From an uncultured Acidobacteriota bacterium (GTDB lineage: Bacteria; Acidobacteriota; Thermoanaerobaculia; UBA5066; Gp7-AA6): 64,000 nt of DNA. The stretch spans positions 32,401 through 96,400 of the forward strand of contig CAVXYF010000002.1 of the NCBI GenBank assembly GCA_963765835.1. The letters are read 5' to 3'. The translations under genes and the position numbers were made by a program. A model generated the notes under the pieces. The model did not search any database and was not told where the DNA came from. It was given only the letters and a program-made list of their open reading frames with translations. Positions 8,862 through 19,479 of the stretch are shown piece after piece; position 1 is the stretch's first letter; every line of letters starts with the position of its first letter.

Positions 8862-10502
8862 TCAAGGTTCCTCGCTCGAGAAGTTCACGAGGCTCTTCAG
8901 GAACGCGACGAGCGCCCGCTGGTCGTCGGGCGGCAGCTTGACGTATGCGTCCCGCGCCTCCTGCGCTTCGCTCCTTCCCGGCTGACCGGGCGCGGGAGGA
9001 GAGTCCTCGCCGTGCAGCGTGATCGCCTCCGCGAGGGTGCCGGCGCGGTCGTCGTGCAGGTAGGGTCCGGTGTTGCCGACGCCCCAGAGCTCGGGAGTCA
9101 GGTACTGGCTCGCCGAGACCATCACCGTCTTTCCCTCGTATTGAAGCGGCGCAAGGGTCACGTGGAGCACCGCGACCGGAGCCGGATCCGCGAGCTGCCG
9201 ACCCATTTCGTGCCGCTTGAGATCACCGTACAGGCGAACGACCGCGCCCCCCTTCGGATCGGCCTCGAGCCGCGGAGCCTGAGAGTCCTTGAGGAGGTCG
9301 AAGCGCACGGGCCGCGCCGGGTCGTAGTCGGGAGTCTTGCCGGCGAGGAAAGCGTCGAGGTACTGCCCGGCGCCGCGCCGGGTCGGCTCCTCGAAGACGG
9401 TGTTGCCGAGATGCATCTCAGGCATGTGGCAGGTGACGCAACCGACCTGCGTAAAGAGCTGGCGTCCGCGGTCGATCATTCCCTTGGCCGTCGCGTCGGG
9501 AGCCGTCGTGAAGCCCATCGCGGCAACGTGGTCGAGATCCGTCGGAACTTCCTGCGCCGCGTTGTAGATCGCCAGCGCGGTGATGTCGCCGACCGAGAGC
9601 TCCCGCTTCACGCCGTCGCCGTCCGGGTCATCTCCCGCCTTCGGAGGGAGACGCCAGACGAACTCCTCGGCCTGCATCCCCATGCCGAAGCTCGCGGCGG
9701 CAACGGAGAAGTTCCGGAGCGTCGTGATCTGCCCCTTCCATCCGTACGGCCGCACCACGAGGTCCGGCGAGATGCCCCGGACTTTCGAGACGTCGTACGT
9801 CACGTCGCCGGTCGGGCTCGCCGTCGCGGTGAGAGTTCCGAAGTCGACTCCGTTGACCGTCAGCGGCTGGCTCGCGGGGGTGCCTGGCGTCGCTTTCGCC
9901 TGCTGGGCCGCGGTTTCCTTCGACGCGATGAGCTTCTCGGTCATCTCCTGGGCCACCAGCTGGACGACTCCGTTGCCGAAAAGCGAGATCGTGTCCCGCG
10001 CGTCAAAGGGCGGGAGGCCGTTCTGATCGGGATCGAAAAAGACCCGCGTGTTCGCGAGCCCGGCGCCCGCGCCGAAGGGCGTGGCGTGACAGCTGCCGCA
10101 CGACTGGACACCCACGGGCACCGGGGATCCGGCGATCGGGCCAACCGAAAAGCGGTGGAGGGGCGTCCCCGCGGGAGTGCGCTGCATGCCGACTCCATCG
10201 AGGCCGTTGTAGGGCGTGTGGAACAGCTTGTCGCCGTCGTCGAACAGGGTCGCAAACGGAATCGTCCCCGCTGCGATGTCCTTCTGCTCGAGATGCTTCT
10301 CCAGAGGAAATGCCGGCTTCTCGACGAGGTCGACGGTGAACCGGTTCTTCGCGAGAGTCGCTCTCGGGGCGTTCTCGCCGGCGGGCGCCTTCTCGGCGAC
10401 CGGTCCGCGCTTCTGACAAGCGAGACTTCCGGCGGCGATCAGCGCCGCTGCCACGTAAAACCGAACGACCCGACCCGGGGACCCCGTGCCCGTTTTACTC
10501 AT
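8862..10502 (-). CDS. Secreted di-haem cytochrome c family protein (DUF1111 / putative peroxidase-thiol oxidoreductase-like)
   Basis: Signal peptide with a lipobox-like AAGSLAC, and two CxxCH haem motifs (CGSCH, CVTCH). The start was taken at the internal MSKTG; the ORF track extends it to 10607. Confidence 0.75.
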   Translation of the reverse strand: MSKTGTGSPGRVVRFYVAAALIAAGSLACQKRGPVAEKAPAGENAPRATLAKNRFTVDLVEKPAFPLEKHLEQKDIAAGTIPFATLFDDGDKLFHTPYNGLDGVGMQRTPAGTPLHRFSVGPIAGSPVPVGVQSCGSCHATPFGAGAGLANTRVFFDPDQNGLPPFDARDTISLFGNGVVQLVAQEMTEKLIASKETAAQQAKATPGTPASQPLTVNGVDFGTLTATASPTGDVTYDVSKVRGISPDLVVRPYGWKGQITTLRNFSVAAASFGMGMQAEEFVWRLPPKAGDDPDGDGVKRELSVGDITALAIYNAAQEVPTDLDHVAAMGFTTAPDATAKGMIDRGRQLFTQVGCVTCHMPEMHLGNTVFEEPTRRGAGQYLDAFLAGKTPDYDPARPVRFDLLKDSQAPRLEADPKGGAVVRLYGDLKRHEMGRQLADPAPVAVLHVTLAPLQYEGKTVMVSASQYLTPELWGVGNTGPYLHDDRAGTLAEAITLHGEDSPPAPGQPGRSEAQEARDAYVKLPPDDQRALVAFLKSLVNFSSEEP

Positions 10503-10678
10503 CGAGTCCTCCTGTGAGGCGATGACGCTGGTGGTTGCGTTCGAAGACGAGCGGGATCTTACATTCGCGAAGACGGAGTGCGTAGCCGGAAGACCCGTCG
10601 GGCTCACCCCCCGCTCGAGCGGTGGGCAGCAAGCCCGGAATCATTGCTTCGCGGAGAGGTTGCGGCTACGATTCCCGT

Positions 10679-10721
10679 CCCCGCGAAAGTGGCGGAACTG
10701 GTAGACGCGCAGGTTTCAGGA
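10679..10721 (+). repeat. 43-bp direct repeat identical to the 5' half of tRNA-Leu(CAG), from the acceptor stem through the anticodon loop; a tRNA fragment marking an att site or island boundary
   Basis: cccgcgaaagtggcggaactggtagacgcgcaggtttcaggaa is identical to 14303-14345. The sequence after it lacks the anticodon-stem closure, so it is not a functional tRNA. Confidence 0.75.
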
Positions 10722-10863
10722 AAGCGCGCCTCGTTTCCCCCGAATCCCTAGAAAACCCAATAAAGACAGGCCTATCCCCTGTCTCGGGCGAGTGCTGTTT
10801 TCGTCGTCTAGAGAAGTCGAAAACCGTTGATATTCGTGCAGACCCGTCACACCAGCCGTCACA

Positions 10864-11202
10864 GTGGAAAGACGGTCGGACACCATGAGGCGACTTCGCC
10901 TCCGCCCCGTTCGTCTCGGTCCCGCGCCCGACCCAAATCGCCGGAAACGGCAGATCCCGCCCACCGCGCCGCTGGAGGAGCACATCGAGGACTTCGTCGG
11001 CTGGATGGTCGCCGGTGGGTTCTCGCCCGAGGAGGCACAGCATCGCGGCGAGTGGGTTCGTGAGTTTTACAGAGAGACCGGGGTCAGTTTCCTGACGCTC
11101 CCACCAGAGGAGATGCTCACTTTCATCGTAGAGTGCGACCGCCAGCTCGAGCAACTAGATCGCGAAGAGGCGGAGGACCTTGCGGAAGAGCCGGAGCACT
11201 GA
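10864..11202 (+). pseudogene. N-terminal (SAM-like / core-binding) fragment of a tyrosine recombinase/integrase
   Basis: LEEHIEDFVGWMVAGGFSPEEAQHRGEWVREFYRETG resembles the integrase N-terminal domain. It is separated by ~120 bp from the catalytic-domain ORF, so the integrase is split. Confidence 0.5.
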
Positions 11203-11321
11203 ATCTTTCGACTCTTGGCCGGGCAGCAGGTCCTGCTAAAGGTTAGATAGAGAAAGATACGGGAACGAACGAGGGGGATCGCAAGCGGATCCCCCCTCTT
11301 TTCGCTCCACGCTCCTTAAGG

Positions 11322-12158
11322 ATGAACCTCGCGGAAAGCACGCGCCAGCTCCGGGGGCAGTCGGCCCCGAGGAGGTTCTTCCGATGGCTGGTCCGTCGTG
11401 GTCACGCCAGCGTCGATCCGACGAAGGACCTCCCGCCGATGAAAGTCCGCTTCATGGAACGCATCCCCGTCTTGACGCGCGCGGAGATCGCCCGGCTTAC
11501 CCTTCGATGCCCGCCGGTGCCTGCGCCGAGAAAGGGACGGCGCGAGCCGATGGCGTTCTTCAGGCGCCGCGTGGAGCTGCACCATCTGGTCGAGGCGCGC
11601 GACCGCGCGCTGATCGCGCTCGTCCACGACATCCCGCTCCGAGGCGGGGAGCCGGCCCTCCTCGAGCTGCGCGACTACGACGAAGTCCGGGGTGAAATCG
11701 ACATCCGTGGCGGGAAATGGCAGTCGGAACCCGTCTCGTTCCCGGTGCTCGAGAGCACGAAAGCCGCGATGGCGCTTTACCTCGATGCCCTCCGGCGCTC
11801 GCGCTGGGCGGATACGTCACCCGCGCTCTTTCCGCCGCTCGGTGTCCGCCGGGCCGATACGAAAAGACCTGCCTCCGGGATCGGCTACTACGAGGTCTAC
11901 CGGATCCTCAAGAGGCGCATCGCGCGTGCGGGGATTGAGCCCAGGGGAAGAAGGCTCTCAGTTCACGTCTTTCGGTATACCCGCGCAACCCACTGGAAGG
12001 AGGAGGGCGTACCGATCGACGACATCTCAGTCCTTCTCCGTCACAAGAAGATCGAAACGACTCGCCTACATCCGGGCGGGCCGTTGAAGCGAACGAAGCG
12101 CCGGGCCGATTGCGCGAGCTTGTTTCGCAGGGTGAACTTCGAGATCCCGCCAGAGTAG
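11322..12158 (+). mobile_element. Tyrosine recombinase (phage-type integrase) catalytic-domain ORF; probably inactive, as it is truncated or split and the catalytic Tyr position reads His
   Basis: HVFRYTRATHWKEEGVPIDDISVLLRHKKIETTRLH matches integrase box II. The expected ...TT(Q/R)(I/L)Y reads TTRLH (CAT where TAT is expected). The lower-GC surroundings and the adjacent tRNA repeat support a mobile origin. Confidence 0.65.
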
Positions 12159-12286
12159 AATCGGGTCTTCAACGAAAGGAGGCCTCCGTTGAAAGCCCTT
12201 TTGTTGATGCCGGAAAACACCCCCACTTGCGGGGGATAACCACGAGGTCGCCCGGCGCCCGCGCCTCAATGCAAAAGTTTACTTCG

Positions 12287-12763
12287 CTAGTGAATCACGA
12301 TGGTTCCGTCGATCGAAGCTATGGAGGTGCCTGCGACGGGGCTAACCAGGGTCAAGTGACGCACTAGAGTGAAACTCCCGGTGGCGAGTGAGAAACGACC
12401 CGTCCCGCCTATAATGGTGTACGTTTCCAAAACAACTTCGGGGTCAGCCGTACCCTCTCCGGTAAACTCAGTGAAAACGCTGTCCCCGTTGGCCGCAACG
12501 AAGTGAGCAGACCCGATTGACGTATTGGTCAAGAGGTTGATCTCAACCTCATAAGTTACCGTGAATCGACCTAGATGTGTGGCCTCTCCTGTGCCGATCG
12601 CATCCACAAACAATGTCGGGAACTGCAGGTCAAAACTTTCAACGTTTTGGACGGAGCCTTTGAAGGGGACCTGTTGAGCTGCCGCGGTGGGGCCGACGAG
12701 GGCCGCTGTCAAGAGGATGGCTGCGATCTGCAAACCGAGCATGGATTTCCTGATACTTTTCAT
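12287..12763 (-). CDS. Small secreted protein of unknown function (island cargo)
   Basis: MKSIRKSMLGLQIAAILLTAALVGPTAAA is a signal peptide. The protein is Gly/Thr-rich and beta-rich, with no recognisable family. Confidence 0.45.
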   Translation of the reverse strand: MKSIRKSMLGLQIAAILLTAALVGPTAAAQQVPFKGSVQNVESFDLQFPTLFVDAIGTGEATHLGRFTVTYEVEINLLTNTSIGSAHFVAANGDSVFTEFTGEGTADPEVVLETYTIIGGTGRFSLATGSFTLVRHLTLVSPVAGTSIASIDGTIVIH

Positions 12764-12902
12764 ATTCGGATCCTTCCTTTCGAGTGGAATGAATCTTCCG
12801 ACGATTCTGAGGACGAAAACTCTCAAGCGCTATGTTGCGGGTTACGGAGCAACTTCCTGGTGACTGGCTCTTCAAATCGCCTCGTTTTGCCTTCCTTTCA
12901 AA

Positions 12903-12967
12903 GTGGCACAGACTTCAGTCTGTGAAGCCCGTACCGTTCACACAACACAGACTGAAGTCTGTGCCAC
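12903..12967. repeat. Perfect 22-bp inverted repeat with a 21-bp spacer
   Basis: GTGGCACAGACTTCAGTCTGTG (12903-12924) and its exact reverse complement CACAGACTGAAGTCTGTGCCAC (12946-12967). Each arm is itself near-palindromic. Confidence 0.8.
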
Positions 12968-14305
12968 CGGCAACTTCCTGACGATGGTGTTTTCTTTCGT
13001 ACATGGTCTCTATTCCTTGTGCGCCGAAAGGCTAGGGGTTTTCATTACCGCCTCCGGTCGCCTTCTCGCTCCCGAACGCCTCCCGATCGCGCTGATCCGC
13101 ATTCTACGTCCCTCTGTCGGGATCCCGGCTGTCAGGAGTCGGAAATGCGGTCGAGAGATGGCGTGGGTTCGCGGCACGGTGTGGCGCGGATGCCGCTTGG
13201 GTCGCCAGACCGACCCGGGCAGCTCTTAGAGTTCAACCTCCCTGCTTCGAATGTCGGATCATCCGGGTGCCGGCAGAGTTAGGATTCGCCCGTAAATGCT
13301 GCGCCGCAGCGTGCTCATCGCAACCCTGGTCGCCGGTTCGTGCGCACCGGTCCAAAAGATGTCCACCCCCCCTCCGCGCACCACGACAGAGCGGAAGCTT
13401 CTCCGGGTGACTCGAAATCCCAATGCAGTCAGGGGGTGCGAGTTCATCGGCAACGTTCGCCCCGCAACCGCTACTTCGAACCCGGTTTACTCAATGCGGC
13501 TCCGTACGGACGAGCTCGGGGGAACGTTCTTTTCATTGTGACGGAGAGGCCACACACCGGCGAGGCGTACCGGTGTAAGGCGCCTACCATCTCAAGCGAC
13601 GATCCCCCACCGGTTACCATCGCGGCGCCTCCATTGACCCCCACGCCGCGCGCCCGCTGATCTTCCCCGGGCGCGTCCCCCCGAGTAGAGAAAAAGGCTC
13701 TTCTCTCTACCCCGAGACCGGGTCAATACAGTCCGCGCTCCCGGGCGGCTCGACGAGGCCTTTCGGGAAGTGAACAGAAATCGAATCTCGCTCCCAGGCT
13801 CCAAACCGCGTGTGCATCCAGCGAGTTGCGCCCAAAATCAGGGGGTCGTTTATCAAGCGATTTGTCGAGCGCCAGGACCCGTATTTCGGGGTGTTCGGAA
13901 AGCCGCCGGTAGACGGGATCGGCTACCACCTCCCTGTTTGTCTAAGAGCCCTAGAGTCCTAGGGAACCTGTCACGCCAGAGGTCACAGGAAAGAGGCTCG
14001 CCTCGAGATCGCTAATGTTCCCAGAGGTATCAGAAGCAGGCGCGCAGTTCTCGGGCACTCGGACGAGAACGTGACCGACTCCTACCTGCAACCCTCGCTC
14101 GCCGACGTGCGCGATGCGGTCAACGCGCCGCGCGCTCGATCGACGGGCACATCCTGCCCGGCACGATTGCGTTTCCAGCGCGACCCGTCACAAAATCCGT
14201 CACGCTCACCGGCGAGAGCGCGGGAATCGCAGAGAGGAGCGTCTCGAATCCTCATGGTTAGCCCCTTGATTCCTCAGAGGCTTGCGCGTAATCTCCGGCC
14301 CTCCC

Positions 14306-15060
<755 letters not shown>

Positions 15061-15069
15061 GCGCCGCGA

Positions 15070-16176
15070 TTACGAGCAGGGAAAGAACGCCGTGATCCCA
15101 TCGGGGAACTGGGTATGAAAGCGATTCCCCGCAAAGCAGTTCCCCGTTCCGCTTCCGTCGTAGACGATGTCCGCCCCGGGAGTCTGTGCGCGCACCGGGT
15201 CTGGACTCCGGCCGTTCTGCAGGATCACGTTATCGCGGACTTCGTTGCCGTCGGGGTTGGGTTCGATTCGGGGATCGAGGCCAGCAAACGGGTTTCCGAG
15301 AATCGCGACGCCCAGGCTGTCGTTCTGGTTCACGACGTTGTCGCGGATCACGACCCGGTCGCCGCCGATGTTCAGGATCCCTGTTCCCGTCGGAAGGAGC
15401 CCTTCGGCCTCACCGCTGTCGGGCGGGACCGGGTTCGGGAAGTTGTTCCGGACCACCACGTTGTTCTCGATCAGAACGTCCTCCGTGAAGGGCTTGGGGA
15501 GACCGGGAAGAACCACGACGAGGATTCCGGTGGTGTTTCCGATCGTTCGGTTGTCGCGGACGACAACGTCCTCGGAGTTCTCGATCTCGATGCCGATGGT
15601 GCACCGGGAAACATCGTTCCTCGCAACGACGATCTCTTCGTCGTCGCCCACGTAGATGCCGGCGTCCTCCGTCCCCTCGACGTGGTTGGACTCGATGACG
15701 CCATTCCGGGAGCAGATCGGGAAGATCCCGTAGTCCTCGTTGTCGAGATACTTCCCGCCCGAGATTCGAAAGCCGTCCACCCCCCGCAGGAGAATCCCGT
15801 TCCTCTCCGCATTCACGACAGTCAGACCGTCGATGGTGAAGTCGTGAAGGGCCAGCGGTGGGCACACCGGGAAGCCGTCCGGGCCCACGGAAAAGCTGCC
15901 GGTACCGACGCGGATTCCGTTATTGAAGCCTTCGGCGTCGAGAATGGCACCGTGGCTTCCCCGAATGGTGATGCCGCTCGTCTCCACGAGCACGCTTTCG
16001 GAGTACCTCCCCGGAGGGACCAGAACAACGTCGCCGGGGCTCGCGGCGTTGACGGCCGCCTGAATCGTCGTCTCGACGACGATCACCTGGCCCCCGCGGG
16101 CCATCCCCGGGAAAAGCGCCCCCACGAGCGCCAGCAGCAGGAAGAAACGGGCGTGCGGCAGGGTCTCTCGGATCAT
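15070..16176 (-). CDS. Secreted right-handed parallel beta-helix repeat protein (pectate-lyase fold / NosD-like)
   Basis: Signal peptide MIRETLPHARFFLLLALVGALF, and repeated PbH1-like segments (NNGIRV, NNVVVRN, IRDNVVNQN). Confidence 0.65.
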   Translation of the reverse strand: MIRETLPHARFFLLLALVGALFPGMARGGQVIVVETTIQAAVNAASPGDVVLVPPGRYSESVLVETSGITIRGSHGAILDAEGFNNGIRVGTGSFSVGPDGFPVCPPLALHDFTIDGLTVVNAERNGILLRGVDGFRISGGKYLDNEDYGIFPICSRNGVIESNHVEGTEDAGIYVGDDEEIVVARNDVSRCTIGIEIENSEDVVVRDNRTIGNTTGILVVVLPGLPKPFTEDVLIENNVVVRNNFPNPVPPDSGEAEGLLPTGTGILNIGGDRVVIRDNVVNQNDSLGVAILGNPFAGLDPRIEPNPDGNEVRDNVILQNGRSPDPVRAQTPGADIVYDGSGTGNCFAGNRFHTQFPDGITAFFPCS

Positions 16177-16349
16177 GGCGAACCTCCTGGCGACCAGAGT
16201 GGAGCGGTCGCTCAGCAAAGTCTTTGAAGGGCTCTGGAGTTCTCATGGGTTTCTTCTGGCCTCTAGAGGTCCGGCGGTCTCTTCGACCAAAGTCTTATTG
16301 ACGCTGACCTCTTCTTGGCTAAGAGTGGAATCCGGGAAGAGAGGTTCTG

Positions 16350-16823
16350 GTGGGTTCCATTCAAGGTTCGAGCACGGCGGGGCGTGCGGAGCGCAAAGAC
16401 TGGACATTGCTGGCGATAGCACTTTCCCGTCAGGGCCTCGCTCCCATCCAGCTTCAGAAATCACTCCACCTTCTTCTTGAGACCTACCCGCGGGACCTCG
16501 GAAGCTTTTACGAGTTCCGCTCCATCAGCTCGGGCCACTTCTCCGCGGAGATCTATCCCGACGCGCAGGCCCTCGCGGGCGACGGGCTCATTACAGTCGA
16601 GATTTCGGAACAGGAGGGGTGGCAGCACTACTCTGCCACGACCGCGGGGGTCGCGCGAGCGAAGCAGATCAAAGAGGTCCTCCGCGCTCCCGTTGTGCAC
16701 TACCTGAAGAGAGTCGTCGAGTGGGCGAGCATCCGTTCCTTCGACCAGCTCGTCCGCCGGCCCTTCGATTCGGGTATGGCGGCGCCCGACGTCTCCGAGC
16801 CGCGGACCGCTCCCCACCGGTAG
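16350..16823 (+). CDS. Hypothetical protein (weak resemblance to a Panacea/DUF4065-type domain)
   Basis: 157-aa ORF; the resemblance to that family is uncertain. Confidence 0.35.
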   Translation: MGSIQGSSTAGRAERKDWTLLAIALSRQGLAPIQLQKSLHLLLETYPRDLGSFYEFRSISSGHFSAEIYPDAQALAGDGLITVEISEQEGWQHYSATTAGVARAKQIKEVLRAPVVHYLKRVVEWASIRSFDQLVRRPFDSGMAAPDVSEPRTAPHR

Positions 16824-16865
16824 GTCGAAACTCTCCCGCGAAGCCGCCTCGAAGCGGCACGGAGG

Positions 16866-17399
16866 GTGCAAGCTCATCCGTTCGTGGACCGCGAAGGCAG
16901 GATTCCGGCGGGTCTCGTCGCGGGTCTGATCGTCTTCGTGCTCGTCATCGGAGCCCTGGCCTACTACGCCGGTCGCTTCGGCCGCCGGGACCCCGGCGCC
17001 TCACCCGCGCATTCGCTCCCCCCTCCCGCCGCTCCGGCGCCCGCGGTGGCCGAGGCCGTTCCGACGCCCGCGGACATTCCCCCGACCGTGACACCGGCCC
17101 TTCCCGTCGTCGTTGAGAGAACCTCTCGCACGCAGCGAACGCTCGTCGAGAAGTCCGCCCAGATCGTGGTCCCGGTGGCGCCCGTGGCGGTGACGCCGAC
17201 GCCCGAGCTTGCGGCCCCGCCGCGGCGGATCATGGTGGAGGTCATCAACACGCCGCGCCCGCTGCCGTCGCCCACGGTTCCCGAGCTGGAGCAGGGGGAC
17301 GAAGAAGACCTGGAACCGGAAGAGGTACCCGAGGAGCCCGAGTTGGAGCCGACCCCCGAGGTCCGCAGTCAGGCCGGAGGCAGACCCGTCTCGATCTGA
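16866..17399 (+). CDS. Hypothetical membrane-anchored proline-rich protein
   Basis: One N-terminal transmembrane helix (LVAGLIVFVLVIGALAYYAG), followed by a Pro/Ala/Thr/Val-rich low-complexity region and an acidic tail. Confidence 0.35.
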   Translation: MQAHPFVDREGRIPAGLVAGLIVFVLVIGALAYYAGRFGRRDPGASPAHSLPPPAAPAPAVAEAVPTPADIPPTVTPALPVVVERTSRTQRTLVEKSAQIVVPVAPVAVTPTPELAAPPRRIMVEVINTPRPLPSPTVPELEQGDEEDLEPEEVPEEPELEPTPEVRSQAGGRPVSI

Positions 17400-17636
17400 T
17401 CCTTCGGCATCGAGATCGCGTTCTCCCGCAAACCGCGATCGACGCACACGAAGCACGCCTTGTAGACGTTCTCGTAGCCCATTTTCATCTCACGGTTTGT
17501 CACGAACACGTTTCGCGGCGGATAGGGCTCGTCCATCCTTCTCAGGGTCACGAGGATTCCGTTACCGACGCGGCTGCGCTCGGTCAGGGTGAACCGATGG
17601 GGCGGCTCCGCCGTGCACTCGATCGAAGCGGCGCTC

Positions 17637-18002
17637 TCAGCGGGCACCCGTGTCGCCCTCCTTGTCCTCCAGGGCGGCGCGGGCTGCTTCCACGGTCGGG
17701 TAGATCTCGAAGAGGGAGTCGAGGTTCGCGGAGTGAAGCAGCGCGGCAATGCGTTCGCGCGGCTTGACGAGCAGGAGCTCCCGCCCCTCCCCCTTCAGGC
17801 GGTGGAGCAAACCCACCAGGATTCCCACGGCGGTCGAGTCCATGTACTCGAGGTCCGTGAGGTCGAGAATGACGGCGCCCGTCCGCTCGGACGCCGCCCT
17901 CTCGAGGCTGCTTTCGAGCTCGCGCACGGTCTCCCCGACCTTCACCATGCCGGCGACTTTGAGGACGGTCGTGCCGCCGGGTCCGTCGTCGTCGACGAAC
18001 AT
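17637..18002 (-). CDS. STAS-domain protein (anti-sigma-factor antagonist, SpoIIAA-like)
   Basis: ...LDLTDLEYMDSTAVGILVGLLHRLKGEG... is the typical STAS fold signature. Confidence 0.7.
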   Translation of the reverse strand: MFVDDDGPGGTTVLKVAGMVKVGETVRELESSLERAASERTGAVILDLTDLEYMDSTAVGILVGLLHRLKGEGRELLLVKPRERIAALLHSANLDSLFEIYPTVEAARAALEDKEGDTGAR

Positions 18003-18030
18003 GGCTACCGCCGGGAAGGACGCGGGCTCG

Positions 18031-18438
18031 TCACGAGTCTCCCTGGCGCACGAGAATTCCTCCGCGCGCGAGAGTCTCGGAGCCGCAACGCACTTCCCCC
18101 TCGAACTTGACGATGAAACCGAATCGCGCGGTCAGGCGGACGTCGATCTCCAGCTTGTCGCCGGGCTGAGGCAGGCGCTCGACCTGGAAACCGTCGATAC
18201 CGGCGAGGAATCCTCGGCGGCCGACCTCCGGATCGCCGCCCTGCAGGAGAAGAGCGGCCTGGGCGAGAGCTTCCGCGAGGAGCGTCGAGCCGCTGCCGCA
18301 ATCCGCGCCGCCGGCGAAGCGCCCATTCGCCGTGAAAGCGGCCGCGACCCGTCCCTGCGTGAAGTCCGGGCCGGCCGGCCGCCGGACGACGTCCACGAAG
18401 CGAAAGGGATACTCGTGAGGCAGGTCCGCCGGCGGCAT
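18031..18438 (-). CDS. Hotdog-fold 3-hydroxyacyl-ACP dehydratase (FabZ/FabA-like)
   Basis: The PHEYPFRFVD N-terminal motif, and ~135 aa hotdog size. TGATG overlap with the upstream ACP gene. Confidence 0.7.
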   Translation of the reverse strand: MPPADLPHEYPFRFVDVVRRPAGPDFTQGRVAAAFTANGRFAGGADCGSGSTLLAEALAQAALLLQGGDPEVGRRGFLAGIDGFQVERLPQPGDKLEIDVRLTARFGFIVKFEGEVRCGSETLARGGILVRQGDS

Positions 18439-18698
18439 CAGGCGATTTTCTTCTGCTCGATGAAGTCGACAAGAGCGTTGACCGAGGAAAACGCTTTCAC
18501 GCCGACCTCTTCGTCCTCGACTTTGATTCCGAACTCCTGCTCCAGGCCGAGAACGAGCTCGAGCGCGTCGATCGAATCGAGACCCAGACCTTCGCCGAAG
18601 AGAGGGGCGTCGTCCTGGATCGAAGCCGGATCGATCTCGAGCTTCAAGCGCCGCACGATCAGTTCTTTGACTCGCGGCGCCAGGTTGTCATTGGTCAT
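18438..18698 (-). CDS. Acyl carrier protein (a dedicated ACP)
   Basis: LGLDSIDALELVLGLEQEFGI carries the phosphopantetheine-attachment Ser motif; ~86 aa. Confidence 0.8.
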   Translation of the reverse strand: MTNDNLAPRVKELIVRRLKLEIDPASIQDDAPLFGEGLGLDSIDALELVLGLEQEFGIKVEDEEVGVKAFSSVNALVDFIEQKKIA

Positions 18699-18750
18699 CG
18701 GATCTCCTCGCAACGAAAATTATAGTCGCGCCGCCTTCGGTGTCCCTTTT

Positions 18751-19479
18751 TCACGCCATTCCCCCGTCGACCCGCCAGACCTGTCCCGTGACGTAGGACG
18801 CGCGGTCCGAGACGAGAAAGCCGACGACCGCCGCGATCTCCTCGGGCGTTCCGAAGCGCGCCATCGGGATTCGCCGGACGAACTCCTCCCGGGCATCCTC
18901 TTTCAGGTGCGCGATGATCTCGGTCGAGACGAGTCCGGGTGCAACCGCGTTGACCGTGATCTGTCGCGTGGCGAGCTCGAGCGCGAGCGCCTTCGTGAAC
19001 GCAATCAGCCCTCCCTTCGCGGCGGAGTAGTTCGTCTGGCCGGCGTGGCCCGAGATTCCCGAGACCGACACGACGTTGACGATCCGGCCCCATCCCTTGT
19101 GGAGCATTCCGCGGACCACCGCCTTCGTGACCCGGAAGGCTCCCTTCAGGTCCGTGTCGAGGACGAAGTCCCAGTCCTCCTCCTTCATGAACGGGAAGAG
19201 CGCGTCCTTGATGACACCGGCGTTGTTCACCAGAATGTCCGCGCCGCCGAACTCGGCGGAAATCCTCTCTCCCAGGCTTCGGACCTCCGCGGCCTTCGTC
19301 ACGTCGGCGGCGATCGCGACCGCCTCGCCTCCCCGCGCCCGCAACTCGTCGACCGTCCGGGAAGCGCGGGCCTCGTCTTGCCGGTAGCAGACGACGACGC
19401 GGTGGCCCGCCGTCACGAGCTCGTCCGCGATGGCCCGCCCGATCCCGCGGGATCCGCCCGTCACGAGAGCCGTTTTCAT
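18751..19479 (-). CDS. fabG: 3-oxoacyl-ACP reductase (SDR family, FabG)
   Basis: TGGSRGIGRAIA ... NNAG ... YSAAK catalytic motifs; 242 aa. Confidence 0.9.
   Translation of the reverse strand: MKTALVTGGSRGIGRAIADELVTAGHRVVVCYRQDEARASRTVDELRARGGEAVAIAADVTKAAEVRSLGERISAEFGGADILVNNAGVIKDALFPFMKEEDWDFVLDTDLKGAFRVTKAVVRGMLHKGWGRIVNVVSVSGISGHAGQTNYSAAKGGLIAFTKALALELATRQITVNAVAPGLVSTEIIAHLKEDAREEFVRRIPMARFGTPEEIAAVVGFLVSDRASYVTGQVWRVDGGMA

Noticed and set aside
6587-8941. 784-aa plus-strand ORF antisense to the membrane Fe-S/cNMP protein
   Set aside because: It has no domain signatures and low-complexity composition. The opposite frame carries coherent transmembrane, Fe-S, HEAT and cNMP features.
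10679-10770. Second tRNA-Leu gene
   Set aside because: Only the first ~43 nt match. The sequence after the anticodon loop cannot close the anticodon stem or form a T-arm. I called it a tRNA fragment / direct repeat instead.
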